A stretch of DNA of 62,254 nucleotides, filler included, from Globobulimina sp. (GCA_003354225.1; 18 parts of 18 records of this genome joined end to end with filler, not necessarily neighbours in it); one strand, 5' to 3'; shown: positions 1 to 11,214, numbered from the whole stretch's first letter. Notes: generated by a model from the letters alone, not told the origin. Program-made: numbers and translations.

Positions 1-487
1 ACACATGATGGTAGGTTACACCAACATTTTTATGCTCAATCTACGCACATTACCGAAGTACTTTTATTCTCATTCCCAGGTGCATTTGCCGAAGCGTCAA
101 TTAGTACTATAAATCTATGATGCAAAGCCTGCACATCACAACCAGATTTTTTAAATGCTTTTTTTTGTAGCGTTGAACACAATCCTTTTGAATTTGCTTC
201 CCATTATTTTGTAATGTTCTTCATAATACATACAATTTAAGATTTTATTTCACTTGGATAGAATTGTAATAAAATATATCATAACCTAATATGTGTTACA
301 TACAGCATATTGTATCATTATCAAATACATAAATAAATATACGATTGTAACATTGAATTAAATCCTAGAACAAAAATGTAAGATATACAACACAAATTTG
401 AAATGTTAGTAACAAAAAGGAAAAAAAGAAAGGCAAACCAGGACAATAAAGCTATGGAAGTGAAAAGCGGTTTGGTGGCCGTAGCTC

Positions 488-3289
488 TTACCCAAACCGT
501 AGTCTAAATTTTTTAACAATAAGATTTTTTTTAAAAGCACTGAGTGAACGAGCGGCTATCCTATCCTCTGTCAGCATATTCCACTGATTAACAACCCTGT
601 TAGCGAAGAAGAACTTTCTAGCATTAATACGACCTTTTTTAACTATGAGTTTAGCTGAATGACCACGTGTAACACCTTCTCTAACTTCGAAGAATTGGTT
701 GAAATCAAGGTCTATTAGATTGTTTCGCATTTTATAACACAATGATAAGTCAGCTTTAACGCGACGCCTTTCCAGAGTTTCTAAGTCTAGAAAAACGAGA
801 CGTTCGGAGTATGTCATTTTAGGTAAATTACATCTTTTTAAAATCCTACGAGTAAAGTATCTCTGAACCTTTTCAATAATTTCGATATCTTTAAATAAGT
901 GTGGGTTCCACACAGATGGACCAGATTCAACTATGGGGCGTACATATACCTTGTAGGCTCTTAGTAAGGTTGAAACAGTTTTGCTGCGAAAAACACGAAA
1001 AATAAGGGCTGAAGTCCTAATAGCTTTAGAGGAAATTATTTTACAGTGACTAGAAAATTTTAAATTATTTGAGACCGTATAACCCAAGTCTCTGATAGAA
1101 GTAACTTGTTCTAAGGGGTGATTTTCAATAGAATATACAGATTTAACGTTATTTTTTCGGTTAGAGACATTTAACGACTGACACTTTGATTTCGATAGTC
1201 TTAATTGCCATTTGTTGGACCAGTCAACAACACTATCGAGATCAAATTGTAATGCGACAGGGTCCAAGTTGGGATCATTTATTTTTCGATAAAGTTTGAC
1301 ATCGTCAGCAAAAAGTCTAATATTTGAATTAGGGACACAATCGACAATATCGTTAATATATGCAATAAAGCATGTAGGACCAATCACTGTACCCTGGGGA
1401 ACTGAACTAGGCACAGAAACTAGTGAGGACACCTCAGTACCGATGTAAACCCTTTGGGTTCGGTTTGTTAGAAACGCGGAGAGCCAACGCAGAGCTTTAC
1501 CAGTTATACCATATGCTTCAAGTTTATAGAGTAATTTTTGATGGGAAACAGTATCAAAGGCTTTTGCGAAATCTAAATATATTACATCAGTATCACACCC
1601 TTGTTGTAGGAAGGTAGTCCAATCACTTAAACACTCTAGCATTTGGGAAACCGTAGACCTGTTAGACCTGAAACCATGTTGGAACCTAGATAAATGGGGT
1701 GATAAAATGCCTAACATTGCCTTGCGGACAATTTTTTCTAATGATTTACAGACATAAGAAGTTTGCGAGAGAGGACGGTAATTAGAAACTTTACAGTTAC
1801 TACCTTTTTTAAAAATAGGGCAGACTAATGCAGTTTTCCAATCATCAGGTAATTCACCCGTATCAATTGATTTTTGAAAAATAAGGTATATCGGATAAGC
1901 AATGCCAGCGGCTATACGTCGTAATAGATAAGCTGGTAAACAATCAGGGGTACGAGAAAGCTTATTTGGTAAATTTTTTAGAGTCATAAGTACTTCAGGA
2001 ATAGAAATAGGTATAGTATCCAAATTGCCATACTTAGTACGAGTAAAATCAGGGAGATTTCCATCATCTACAGTAAAAACAGAAGCAAAATAGTTATTAA
2101 AGAGGTCAGCCTTTTTTTGGTCATCAGAAATTTCAGTATCGTTTTCATCCAGAAGTTGAGGAATTTTGCTGCGAACCTTAATTTTAGACTTGACATATTT
2201 ATAAAAGTCATTTATATTTCCAGATTGCATAATTTCGTTTTCGCATAAATCATTATAGGCATTAACAGCAGTTTTGTATTCTGTAGCTATTTTATTATAA
2301 TCATCTAAATTACCCCTACGTTTAGCAGTTTTCCATAAACGTTTTTTCTTAATAACTAGTTTGCGAATATTACTGGGGTAAACAACCTTTCTGAACACTA
2401 AACCAGATTTTTTAGGAGGGATGTATTTATTTATGCCAGCTAGAAGTATCTCCTTAAATATGGACCACATTTCTGTGACCGTATGATTTTCGAGAAAAAT
2501 TATATCCCAGTCGACAGATAAACAATATTCTGTTAAAGCTGTATAATCACCTTTTTTGTAATCGGGGGTAGATTTAAGAGATAATTTATTAGGGTTTGCA
2601 TTAGCAAAGCTGTATGAAATAGAACTTTTAATTGTTTGGTGGTCGGAAGTAGAGAAAGGGGGATCAGTTTCGCATAAACGGAAAATTTCTTTATCTGAAG
2701 TTAGTACAAGATCCAGGAAATTTTTTTTACGAGTAGGATCGGGTGCCATTTGGCTTAGACCCAGTTTGGCAAAACGGGGGTACCACGCTTCTTCAAATTG
2801 GTTGTTTGAGTGGATAATATTGAGGGGCCAATTAATACCTGGCAAGTTAAAATCGCCTACCACTAGGAGTGTACCTTTAAATTTAGCACTGATACTATTT
2901 AAAGCTGCATATACAAGTGAATCTTGAGTAACAGAGAGATTAGGTGGTTTGTAAACAACTATTAATCTGAACTTGGAAGATGAGGGTCCAAAATCAATGG
3001 CTACAAGCTCGACAGAGTCATAAAGGTTATCTAACCTAACTAGGACAGCATTGAGGCTGTGTTTGGCAAAAATGCAAACACCACCTCCTTCTCTATCAAT
3101 TCGGTCCTTTCTAAAAACTTCAAAATCTGAGTTAGAACACAGCATAGCATCAGTTATTTCCCCGTTTGCCCAGGTTTCAGTTACACAATAAATATCATTA
3201 TGTCCTAGCACATCATTATGGGTTAGTAAAATACCTAATTCAGACAAGCTGTTTTTTAGACTCCGCGCGTTAAATAATACAAAGTCCAA
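488..3289 (-). CDS. LINE ORF2: apurinic-type endonuclease + reverse transcriptase
   Basis: APE motifs NARSL, VTETW, GGGV, YKPP, GDFN, LDL, SDH. RT motifs NYRPLS, QHGFR, LDFAKAFDTV, VPQG, FADD. The frame has no ATG start. Confidence 0.95.
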   Translation of the reverse strand: MDFVLFNARSLKNSLSELGILLTHNDVLGHNDIYCVTETWANGEITDAMLCSNSDFEVFRKDRIDREGGGVCIFAKHSLNAVLVRLDNLYDSVELVAIDFGPSSSKFRLIVVYKPPNLSVTQDSLVYAALNSISAKFKGTLLVVGDFNLPGINWPLNIIHSNNQFEEAWYPRFAKLGLSQMAPDPTRKKNFLDLVLTSDKEIFRLCETDPPFSTSDHQTIKSSISYSFANANPNKLSLKSTPDYKKGDYTALTEYCLSVDWDIIFLENHTVTEMWSIFKEILLAGINKYIPPKKSGLVFRKVVYPSNIRKLVIKKKRLWKTAKRRGNLDDYNKIATEYKTAVNAYNDLCENEIMQSGNINDFYKYVKSKIKVRSKIPQLLDENDTEISDDQKKADLFNNYFASVFTVDDGNLPDFTRTKYGNLDTIPISIPEVLMTLKNLPNKLSRTPDCLPAYLLRRIAAGIAYPIYLIFQKSIDTGELPDDWKTALVCPIFKKGSNCKVSNYRPLSQTSYVCKSLEKIVRKAMLGILSPHLSRFQHGFRSNRSTVSQMLECLSDWTTFLQQGCDTDVIYLDFAKAFDTVSHQKLLYKLEAYGITGKALRWLSAFLTNRTQRVYIGTEVSSLVSVPSSVPQGTVIGPTCFIAYINDIVDCVPNSNIRLFADDVKLYRKINDPNLDPVALQFDLDSVVDWSNKWQLRLSKSKCQSLNVSNRKNNVKSVYSIENHPLEQVTSIRDLGYTVSNNLKFSSHCKIISSKAIRTSALIFRVFRSKTVSTLLRAYKVYVRPIVESGPSVWNPHLFKDIEIIEKVQRYFTRRILKRCNLPKMTYSERLVFLDLETLERRRVKADLSLCYKMRNNLIDLDFNQFFEVREGVTRGHSAKLIVKKGRINARKFFFANRVVNQWNMLTEDRIAARSLSAFKKNLIVKKFRLRFG

Positions 3290-3368
3290 ACATGTTTTGG
3301 GTACATGTCCGGTCTGCCCGCAATCTAAAAATCAGCCTGGTGCTTTTCTAATTTTTTACGATTATCTA
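488..3368 (-). mobile_element. Non-LTR retrotransposon (LINE), CR1/L2-like; 5' part not in contig
   Basis: Intact APE endonuclease + reverse transcriptase ORF. The C-terminal LERRR..ADL...YK and TRGHS.KL...R..FF..RVV..WN.L motifs are typical of the CR1 group. Confidence 0.9.
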
Positions 3369-3468
3369 NNNNNNNNNNNNNNNNNNNNNNNNNNNNNNNN
3401 NNNNNNNNNNNNTTAATTAATTAANNNNNNNNNNNNNNNNNNNNNNNNNNNNNNNNNNNNNNNNNNNN
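3369..3468. other. Artificial contig spacer (44 N + TTAATTAATTAA + 44 N); first of 17 identical spacers
   Basis: The same 100-nt block recurs at 6836, 10303, 13769, 17235, 20700, 24165, 27630, 31095, 34559, 38022, 41485, 44948, 48410, 51872, 55334 and 58795. The 12-mer has stops in all six frames. Contig lengths fall steadily from 3368 to 3360. Confidence 0.98.
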
Positions 3469-3825
3469 CGACTTGTACATAGTTGAATATATGACTATAA
3501 TTTGGTGGAAAAGTTCCTCCATACTTTATAGTCATATTATAGTCATATTATATATGATTCTGCGTCTTATAGGAGTTAACCCTGTACCTAGTTTAATTAT
3601 TTATAATAGATCTAAATAAGTGACTAACGTGTTTTTTTTTTAATGGCACAAACAGTTTTTCGTTCGTCTATTGGATATATGGGATGACCAACCACATTGC
3701 TCACAGATGCCTTGCAATCATTTGAATGTTTGACACAGCAGAAACTGATTGGATTGGGTCAGCACATGGATGGATCCAGCATCAAAAACAACAACAACAA
3801 CACAAAAAATTAAGTGTCGACGTCT

Positions 3826-4010
3826 CATCGCTTAGCTCAAGAAGAGCACTGGAATGAATTGATGGATATGTCCAGAAGATTCAGGTTCAAATCCTGAGGC
3901 GATCGCAAACGAAACAAAAATGAATTGATATTGAGAATGAAAAATGGGATGTATTTGGTGGTAATAAGAGGTACTACACACACACAGCCACCAAATACAA
4001 ACAAGAAAGA
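3826..4010 (+). repeat. tRNA-derived SINE-like element or tRNA pseudogene, copy 1 (tRNA-Arg-like head + 3' hairpin)
   Basis: Cloverleaf remnants: TAGCTCAA..GAGC D-arm, CTGGA/TCCAG anticodon stem with a 17-nt loop, TCAGG-TTCAAAT-CCTGA T-arm. Tail has AGAATGAAAAATG and an 11-bp hairpin (3951-3998) shared with copy 2. Confidence 0.65.
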
Positions 4011-4152
4011 ATATTTTTGAATTTGAATAGGCCTCTTCGATAATGCTGCAATTTTTTTTCTGTTCAAAAAGTTTTTTCATTTTTTTCAGCAAACTTATCA
4101 AACAAGCTTGCATTCGCTATGCCTACATTATTTCCTGTATATTCTCCTCTAT

Positions 4153-5161
4153 TTATATCTTATTATTTACCACCACATACAACATAAAAATTGGTGCATT
4201 TGCATTGCTATTTGCTTTCTCCTCTGTTGCCATTGCATTATAACTCCCTGATTTCTCAGTATCCTTCACAATGATTTTCGAATTCTCGTCGCCGTGCACA
4301 CTATTTATCGACATATAATCATCATCTTTTTTAGTGCCATAACTGGCGCTGAAATGGACTAAGCGATGCAACAAAAACGTAAATGCACAGAATAACACAG
4401 TTCCAATATCACAAATAATGACATAAATATAAGGGCTAAGATAGCAATTATCGATGGTATATTCGCTGAATATCGGTTGATTGAAGATTTCAAAGTGATT
4501 TTGCAGGATTGATATCCATTGCGTAGGGACTGACAATCCATTGCGTAGGGATTGTTGTGGTCAAAGCTATGGCAAATATCAGTATTGTTAATATATTTCT
4601 TTTTTCAATCTTCAATAAAACCATTCCCATCCATTTATAATCCATTTGTCACAAGGTGTGACTTTTCAAACTGAATGCAAAAAAGAAGTTAGTTCGAAAA
4701 GTTTTTAGAAATTTGCAGCATTATCGGAGAGGCCTAATGTATTTGATGTACGTCATCATACGATTTATATGGATTGGATTAAATATTGGTTGGATTGAAT
4801 TAAATTGAGTGGATTGGATTGAATTGGTTAGATTGGATAAAAAAAATAGAATTGGATGATAAATTGTTAATTTTTCTTTAAAACAATAATTGGCCAAAAA
4901 TACATTTATTATAATGCATAATGAAGATATTGGAGATATAATATTTAACGAAGCAAACATGTATGACGAAAATTTGAATAATGCATTCAGTAAATACATT
5001 ACAAATCCTATCCACCATCGGATTCGTTTGTAAACGGGAATGTGGGCAGAAGCTATCACGTTGAGTTTATGAGAATATTTAATTTGAATGTTTCCAAATG
5101 CAATCACGAATTCTGCAAACAATGCAAGAATTATTCCAAAAAATATACCACTCGGCGACAT
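4153..5161 (-). pseudogene. NIPA-family (DMT) Mg2+ transporter-like gene, apparently degraded or disrupted
   Basis: 5161-4870 encodes G..LAL....A.G..IQ.K.SH...WWIG...Y.FA....ISP.S...I.N..LA....KE. Downstream frames are broken and there is a local duplication (ATCCATTGCGTAGGGA x2, ~4514-4551). Confidence 0.55.
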
Positions 5162-5402
5162 GAAATTATTATATCAACAGTTGAATTGCTTTTGTTTCGG
5201 TGCCATACTTTAGACAAGATTTCTAACGATAAAGTTTTGTTGACAAGGATAGAGTTTTCGTTCACAACTGAAACGGAGCAAATTATTAACGATTTTGGGA
5301 TCGATGATTTGACATTTGGGACCATAAACATATACAAATATGGTTGATCCGTACTCAAAAATATATTGAACATATACTCGATCGTTATATTAGTAAAATC
5401 TT

Positions 5403-6434
5403 GTGTTTATTTTGCGACTTATGCCCTCTTCTGTTCTGACTTGGTACTTAAAGTTAGGACAACAGATAAACACCGACATCAAAAAGAAACCGACCTATTT
5501 CCTCCATGACGATGCTTTGCAAAACAACAAATATGATAATAACAGCTGCTTTTACCACATCGAAAAAGCGGGCTCTTCCTCCATCAGTGGCATGCTGCAC
5601 GAATACCATTTCAATACCTCCTACACTTCGGAGAATGCATTGTTTCATTGCCAGTGCGGTTTTACCTTTGTTCGCGACCCAATCTCTCGCTTTGTCTCCG
5701 CCTATTATACCATTAATAAACTCATCTATTGGTTCCATCACCATTTGCCACGGATTGGTCAAAAAGGCCCAAACATGGGAGCCGTGCCCCGGTTGTACTC
5801 CTTTTGGAATGTTACCGGAGAGCCGCAGCGAATGACTGCGTTTGTCAACGATATGTATGACTTTTCATTCGAGTTTACGAAGACCACGCCTTTGGAGCAC
5901 ATGATGACTCAAAGTGGACTGTTAGGCGTTGCCTCGGCCGACATACATTATATTGGCAAAGTGGATCAGTTGATGCAGCATTTGGATGTGATTAAGAATA
6001 AATGTGCGCTGCGAACGAATAATGAGTTTATGCTAAATACAGAGTTGACGGAGAAACAGGTGATGACTCATTTTGGTACCAAATGGTTTGAGGAGCTAAG
6101 GCCGTGGTACACGGATATGCTGAGTTTGGATGACTATGAGCCGGGGGATTTGGATCCGGCCTATCTCGCTATTGCGGACAGCTATGAGTTGTATCATAAA
6201 ATTGTCGAATTTTATAAACAGGATTATGTTTGTTTTGGCTTTCAACACAATTGGATCGAATTTAGGCACAAAATATATGACAAGTTGAATAGGACAGAAC
6301 ATTGTGAAAAAATTATTTTTTTTGACAGGCTAATTGTTTCATATTATGATAACCAATCATCATACGACCTGCTTGTGATGGTTGTTCAATGCAGTGCGCG
6401 TGCAGCAGACATGGTTTTTCTTAATTCAAAGTAG
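5403..6434 (+). CDS. Carbohydrate sulfotransferase-like (Sulfotransfer_2 family); termini uncertain
   Basis: PAPS-binding motifs FYHIEKAGSSSI and FTFVRDPISRFVSAY, plus YIGKVD and FYKQDYVCFGF. Confidence 0.85.
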   Translation: MFILRLMPSSVLTWYLKLGQQINTDIKKKPTYFLHDDALQNNKYDNNSCFYHIEKAGSSSISGMLHEYHFNTSYTSENALFHCQCGFTFVRDPISRFVSAYYTINKLIYWFHHHLPRIGQKGPNMGAVPRLYSFWNVTGEPQRMTAFVNDMYDFSFEFTKTTPLEHMMTQSGLLGVASADIHYIGKVDQLMQHLDVIKNKCALRTNNEFMLNTELTEKQVMTHFGTKWFEELRPWYTDMLSLDDYEPGDLDPAYLAIADSYELYHKIVEFYKQDYVCFGFQHNWIEFRHKIYDKLNRTEHCEKIIFFDRLIVSYYDNQSSYDLLVMVVQCSARAADMVFLNSK

Positions 6435-6634
6435 AGGTTTTCTAGAAAGATATGGTACTGTAGTAACTGTACTGTTCACCATGACAGCACAGGGATGAAT
6501 AATAATTGCTTGTATGGTGATGGAATATACTTATACACCTTGCAAAATGTCCATAGATCTAAAAGGTCGTAAAAATGACACTGAATTGATTAATATTGAT
6601 TATTTAATGGAATTTGATTGATATGCATATGAAT

Positions 6635-6790
6635 TATTGCCTAGCTCAAGTAGAGCGCTGGATGTATGGATCCAGAAGATTCAGGTTCAATCCCTGAGGC
6701 GACTTCATCATATGAGTGAATTAAGAATGAAAAATGAAAAATATTTGGTGGCAATCAACAGCACCAAAAATCCAAGCAAATAAATGAAGG
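6635..6790 (+). repeat. tRNA-derived SINE-like element or tRNA pseudogene, copy 2
   Basis: TAGCTCAAGTAGAGCGCTGGATGTATGGATCCAGAAGATTCAGGTTCAATCCCTGAGGCGA. The 8-nt anticodon loop resembles a mutated CT-ACG-GA. Tail AGAATGAAAAATG..TTTGGTG..CACCAAA as in copy 1. Confidence 0.65.
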
Positions 6791-6935
6791 GGAAATTATT
6801 AATTATATTGATCATGAATTGCAATTTATTGGATTNNNNNNNNNNNNNNNNNNNNNNNNNNNNNNNNNNNNNNNNNNNNTTAATTAATTAANNNNNNNNN
6901 NNNNNNNNNNNNNNNNNNNNNNNNNNNNNNNNNNN

Positions 6936-9900
6936 TACCATTTAAAAATTGTGAATTGGTGATGATTAAACTAACGCCGGTCGCAGTGGCTGCAATGTCA
7001 TAATCATAGCCTATATCTGTATTATTATTAAATATCGTAGATTCAATAATTACTTTATTATCATCATCATTGACATAGATTAATTGATCATAGCCTCTGT
7101 TGTGGACAAATGCGGAGTCTCCAATATATAATTCAACACCAGACATATCAATAAAAATTAAATTATTTTCTACACCTGATCCAATTTCTGCATTGCCAAT
7201 AAATGTGCTATTTGTTATGGATACGTTTGCATAATTACGTATGTTAAACAATTGTCTGTTTTCTTGTGTGTTGTGTTTAAATGTACATTCATCAAATAAC
7301 ACATCGGCTGCATCGATATAAAACATGGCTTGGTTTGTTGTGAATGATGGAGATGTGCCCAAAGTAAGTGCATTACCCTCAAATGTACAATTTGTAAATC
7401 TTGCATTGACACCATTTGATATTTCATACATAACATCGTTGTTTGTAAAATAACAATCTTCAAATATTATGGTCACTCGATCGTCATCAAATAACCAAAA
7501 TGGTTGACCTTGTGCTGTTTGATAATTATTTCCATCAAATTTAACATTTTTTACAATTAATGTTCCACCGTTGGACACTGTTTTTCGTAATGTGTACAAT
7601 GATACGCACATAAAAAAACGTAACAAAAAAAGATATTTAACTTTCAAACTGCCGATCAATTTTACTCGTTCGGTTTGAAGCAATTGTTAAATCTTGAATT
7701 TTTAACCAGCATTTAGGCCATCTATAATAAACAACAACATACAATATAAATATACAAAAAAGCAGTCTAGACGTACCTGCATTTAATCCACGTAGACTCA
7801 GAACTATCCGAATATTGCCATATAGTCTCAACACCAACACCAGATACGATAATATTATTATCATCAAAATTTAAATGATAGGGGAAATCCCATAAACCCT
7901 CTCCCATATTAAATTCACCATTGGCATCATATTTATCACATCGTGTGGCAGGAAAACCAGATATTTCGCCTAAAAAACATGGCCAGCCATACTGCACAGT
8001 CTGGCAAGTTGGCTGATACGTAGGCGAATTGGTGGGTGGTTGGGTGGGTGCCATCGACGGAGCGTTTGTTGGTGGCTGAGAAGGTGCTCTCGACGGTGGT
8101 GTAGTAGGCGCATTGCTGGGCGCAACCGAAGGAGCTAGAGATGGGGCATTGGAAGGTGGTGAGGTGGGCGCATTGCTGGGAGCATTGGTGGGTGGCTGTG
8201 TAGGCGCAGTGGATGGTGCTATACTGGGTGGAGATGATGGTGCGGCACTAGGCGGCTGTGTAGGTGCATGACTAGGTGCGAAAGTCGGTGGTTGTGTGGG
8301 TGCATTGGAAGGATCCGGTGTGGGTATTTCTGTTGGAAAAGAGGTAGGATCTAAAGTTGGTTCTGTTGTAGGCTCTACTGTAGGATCATTAGTGGGGTGA
8401 TAGGTTGGTATTTGTGTAGGGTTAGTGGTCGGATTGTGTGTAGGATATATGGTAGGGAAAAACGTCGGATTTGAGGTGGGATTATGTGAGGGGTTATAGG
8501 TTGGTTCAATAGTGGGGTGTATGGTGGGTGTTGTGGTTGGGATATCGCTTGGTTGCATTGTAGGGTTTGTTGTAGGATGATTAGTCGGATTGGTGGGATT
8601 TACAGTGGGATTATGTGTAGGCTGTATACTCGGACTAATGGTTGGATTTATTGTTTGTGCGCTAGGATTATTGGTGGGGTTAACGGTGGGTTCAAGGGTG
8701 GGTTCATTGGTGGGAATAAAGGTAGGTTCCAAGGTAGGTTCTAAGGTAGGTTCTAAGGTAGGATCGTTGCTGGGTTCATTCGTTTGTAATAAATTACGTC
8801 TCCGCATAGAGGTTGGTGCATCTGTTTGACAGCAATGGTCATAGGCAGCACCAAGTTGTGCTATTTGATTGATGCATGCATCTGCATAATCTGTCGATGA
8901 CGCCTGGCAATCTGTATATATTATTTATTTATTGTTGTTTGGGTGTATATTGTTTCTGGAAACATCCCAAAGTGTATATACCTGCATAATCACATCCACT
9001 CTTGCGGACATATACAAATTTCAGGGTTAATGTAGGTGCATTTGTGGGCGCACCAGGTTTATATGACGGTGCAATGCTGGGTGCAACGGTTGGTGCAGTA
9101 GTTGGTGAATATGATGGATTTAAACTAGGACTGACACTCGGATTTAAACTTGGCGCTAATGACGGTGCTTGGGAAGGAGCTGTGGTGGGTGCTGTGCTGG
9201 GTGCATTGCTAGGAGGCATTGTGGGATTATGTGTGGGATCGACTGTAGGTATTTGTGTGGGATCACTGGTTGGTTGGAATGTAGGTGTAGTGGTTGGATT
9301 ATCCGTGGGTTCAGGTGTAGCTATTGCATCACATTGTATCTCTAGATCACCAATAAGATGTCGTTCTTTATTGTCATTCATCTTAGATCGAAACTTAACG
9401 AAAAAGTCAACGCCTCCATCTTTTATACCGATAGCTATGTCGGGCTTGTTCTTGTACTCCCAGTCATATAAACTATCACATCTTGACTCACCTATCCCAG
9501 AAATACTATCTTTAAATGTATCGTCGTCAACTTCAATATCCCACAAATCGTTTGTAGTAGCAGCCATACCGTCCGATCTAATTAGTACACCATCGACATA
9601 TAAGTATAATTTGTCAGTTCCCTCTCCTTCGTCACAATATGCTAATAAATATGAGATATACACATTGGATGTTTCAGCACATTGAAAATATCGTATCATC
9701 TGATTATATTGTCCATCTCCACTACCTTCCTTTTTAAACCAGCCATGATATTTATAGGGATTACCTTGAACAGTCGGGTTGCCTAAATCTAAATTTCCAT
9801 CTTTCTCATTATATAAATACCAACCATCTCTGTAATTTGTTGACTGCGAATAATCATCAGTCCATACTCCATCTATTACGGTTGTTGCTGATTGTATTAA

Positions 9901-9969
9901 ATTTGGTAATACAAAGTATAGTAATAATCGATGCATATGATATTTCACTTTGTGATTTCGAAATAACAA
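6936..9969 (-). CDS. Secreted Pro/Thr/Ser-repeat (PT-repeat) protein with C-terminal right-handed beta-helix (pectin-lyase-like) repeats; multi-exon
   Basis: Signal-like MHRLLLYFVLPNLIQS, two long PTxxPT/APS blocks, and repeats of type xFxNCxFxxN. ORFs 8929-9969, 7767-8807 and 6936-7683 are separated by short AT-rich introns. Confidence 0.8.
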
Positions 9970-10402
9970 TAAATATTTTGAATAAGAATAAAACTACAAT
10001 AAGAGGAATAACGTTATTTGAAAAATGTCGACAAGAAATGTCTCTTTGCTGTTGCTTGATACCGGTTGTTTGTCACGTTGACATGCTGTTCAGTAGGTTG
10101 CTAACATTTTTTTTGAAAATATTATTTTTAACAAGACACTTTCAAATTTAATTAATCGTCATAACAAACAAAGTTCTAATAAAACGCGTTTAAAGCAAAA
10201 GCTATTAAATAATTGGACAAAAAGCATCAAGAATGTCAAATAACTCCATAGAATTTTCTTTTATTTTGATCATTTTTTTATTAACAAAATTAATGAGATC
10301 CANNNNNNNNNNNNNNNNNNNNNNNNNNNNNNNNNNNNNNNNNNNNTTAATTAATTAANNNNNNNNNNNNNNNNNNNNNNNNNNNNNNNNNNNNNNNNNN
10401 NN

Positions 10403-10521
10403 AATTATAATTTGATGATTAGGAAATTGTAAATAATTCTAACTTAATTTAATAACTTAAATTGTTGTAGCTAGCTAGCAGCAGCAGGCAGGCCAGCAGC
10501 TTGCGCTATTTTTGTTTTTTT
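10403..10521 (+). repeat. 119-bp exact terminal direct repeat of contig 4 (left copy)
   Basis: Identical to 13650-13768. Confidence 0.97.
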
Positions 10522-11008
10522 ATTTAAATATTATAAGATTTCAGATTTGAGGAAAATAGATAGAAAAATATAAATCGCATAAACCAACTTTTAATAAAGA
10601 ATAAATAAATAAAATAACCAAATCAATCCATAAAATGACGTTGTCGAGACAGCCTCAGCCGAATTAGGGAACCGGTCAGGCACTGAGTTATAAAGAGACG
10701 AATAGGCATGACCCCAATTTCGACTCTAGTTACTGTCAGTATGCCGAGCAACGTGTATTTTGGTCAACGACGGTTGATATTTGAACCAAAACACCTATCC
10801 GTAATTAATATCCATTAGTATAACCATTTTATAATGAAAATTAAGCATGCTGCATTTAATTGATTTCTTAAAGTTTTGAAGAAAAAAGTGTTAATTAGAA
10901 GGTTTTGTCTGACTAAAAAAAAGCAAGATTTTTATGTTTGATCTTAAAAAAAAAAAAATTATTCTAGAACATTAATAAGATACATTTAAATACAAGTCAT
11001 AATATGAA

Positions 11009-11029
11009 TATCCGTTACGCCACAGAGAT
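11009..11029 (-). pseudogene. Truncated 5' fragment of a tRNA-Arg gene
   Basis: Minus strand ATCTCTGTGGCGTAACGGATA closely matches the 5' end of the intact tRNA-Arg at 54585-54658 (GTCTCTGTGGCGTAATCGGATA). The similarity then stops abruptly. Confidence 0.6.
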
Positions 11030-11061
11030 ACATGTGTATATAAAAAGAAAAAAAAATAATA

Positions 11062-11084
11062 TGCCTTCACCCGGGATCGAACCG

Positions 11085-11118
<34 letters not shown>

Positions 11119-11134
11119 GCTGAGCTATAAAGGC
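11062..11134 (-). tRNA. tRNA-Phe (GAA)
   Basis: GCCTTTATAGCTCAGCTGGGAGAGCGTCAGACTGAAGATCTGAAGGTCCCCGGTTCGATCCCGGGTGAAGGCA: canonical 73-nt cloverleaf followed by a T-run Pol III terminator. Confidence 0.97.
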
Positions 11135-11214
11135 ATCGTCGTCGTTAAAAAAAATATCGCATACCGCCAGCCAGTCACAACCAAAACGAAAAAAACAACA
11201 AATATGTGGACTTT

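Noticed and set aside
3413-3424. TTAATTAATTAA recurring every ~3.46 kb, like a regular repeat array or CRISPR
   Set aside because: It is an artificial six-frame-stop linker inside N runs. The regular spacing comes from length-sorted contigs.
9002-9685. Plus-strand VG-rich ORFs (also 8590-8829, 40267-40659)
   Set aside because: Antisense shadows of PT-repeat coding sequence.
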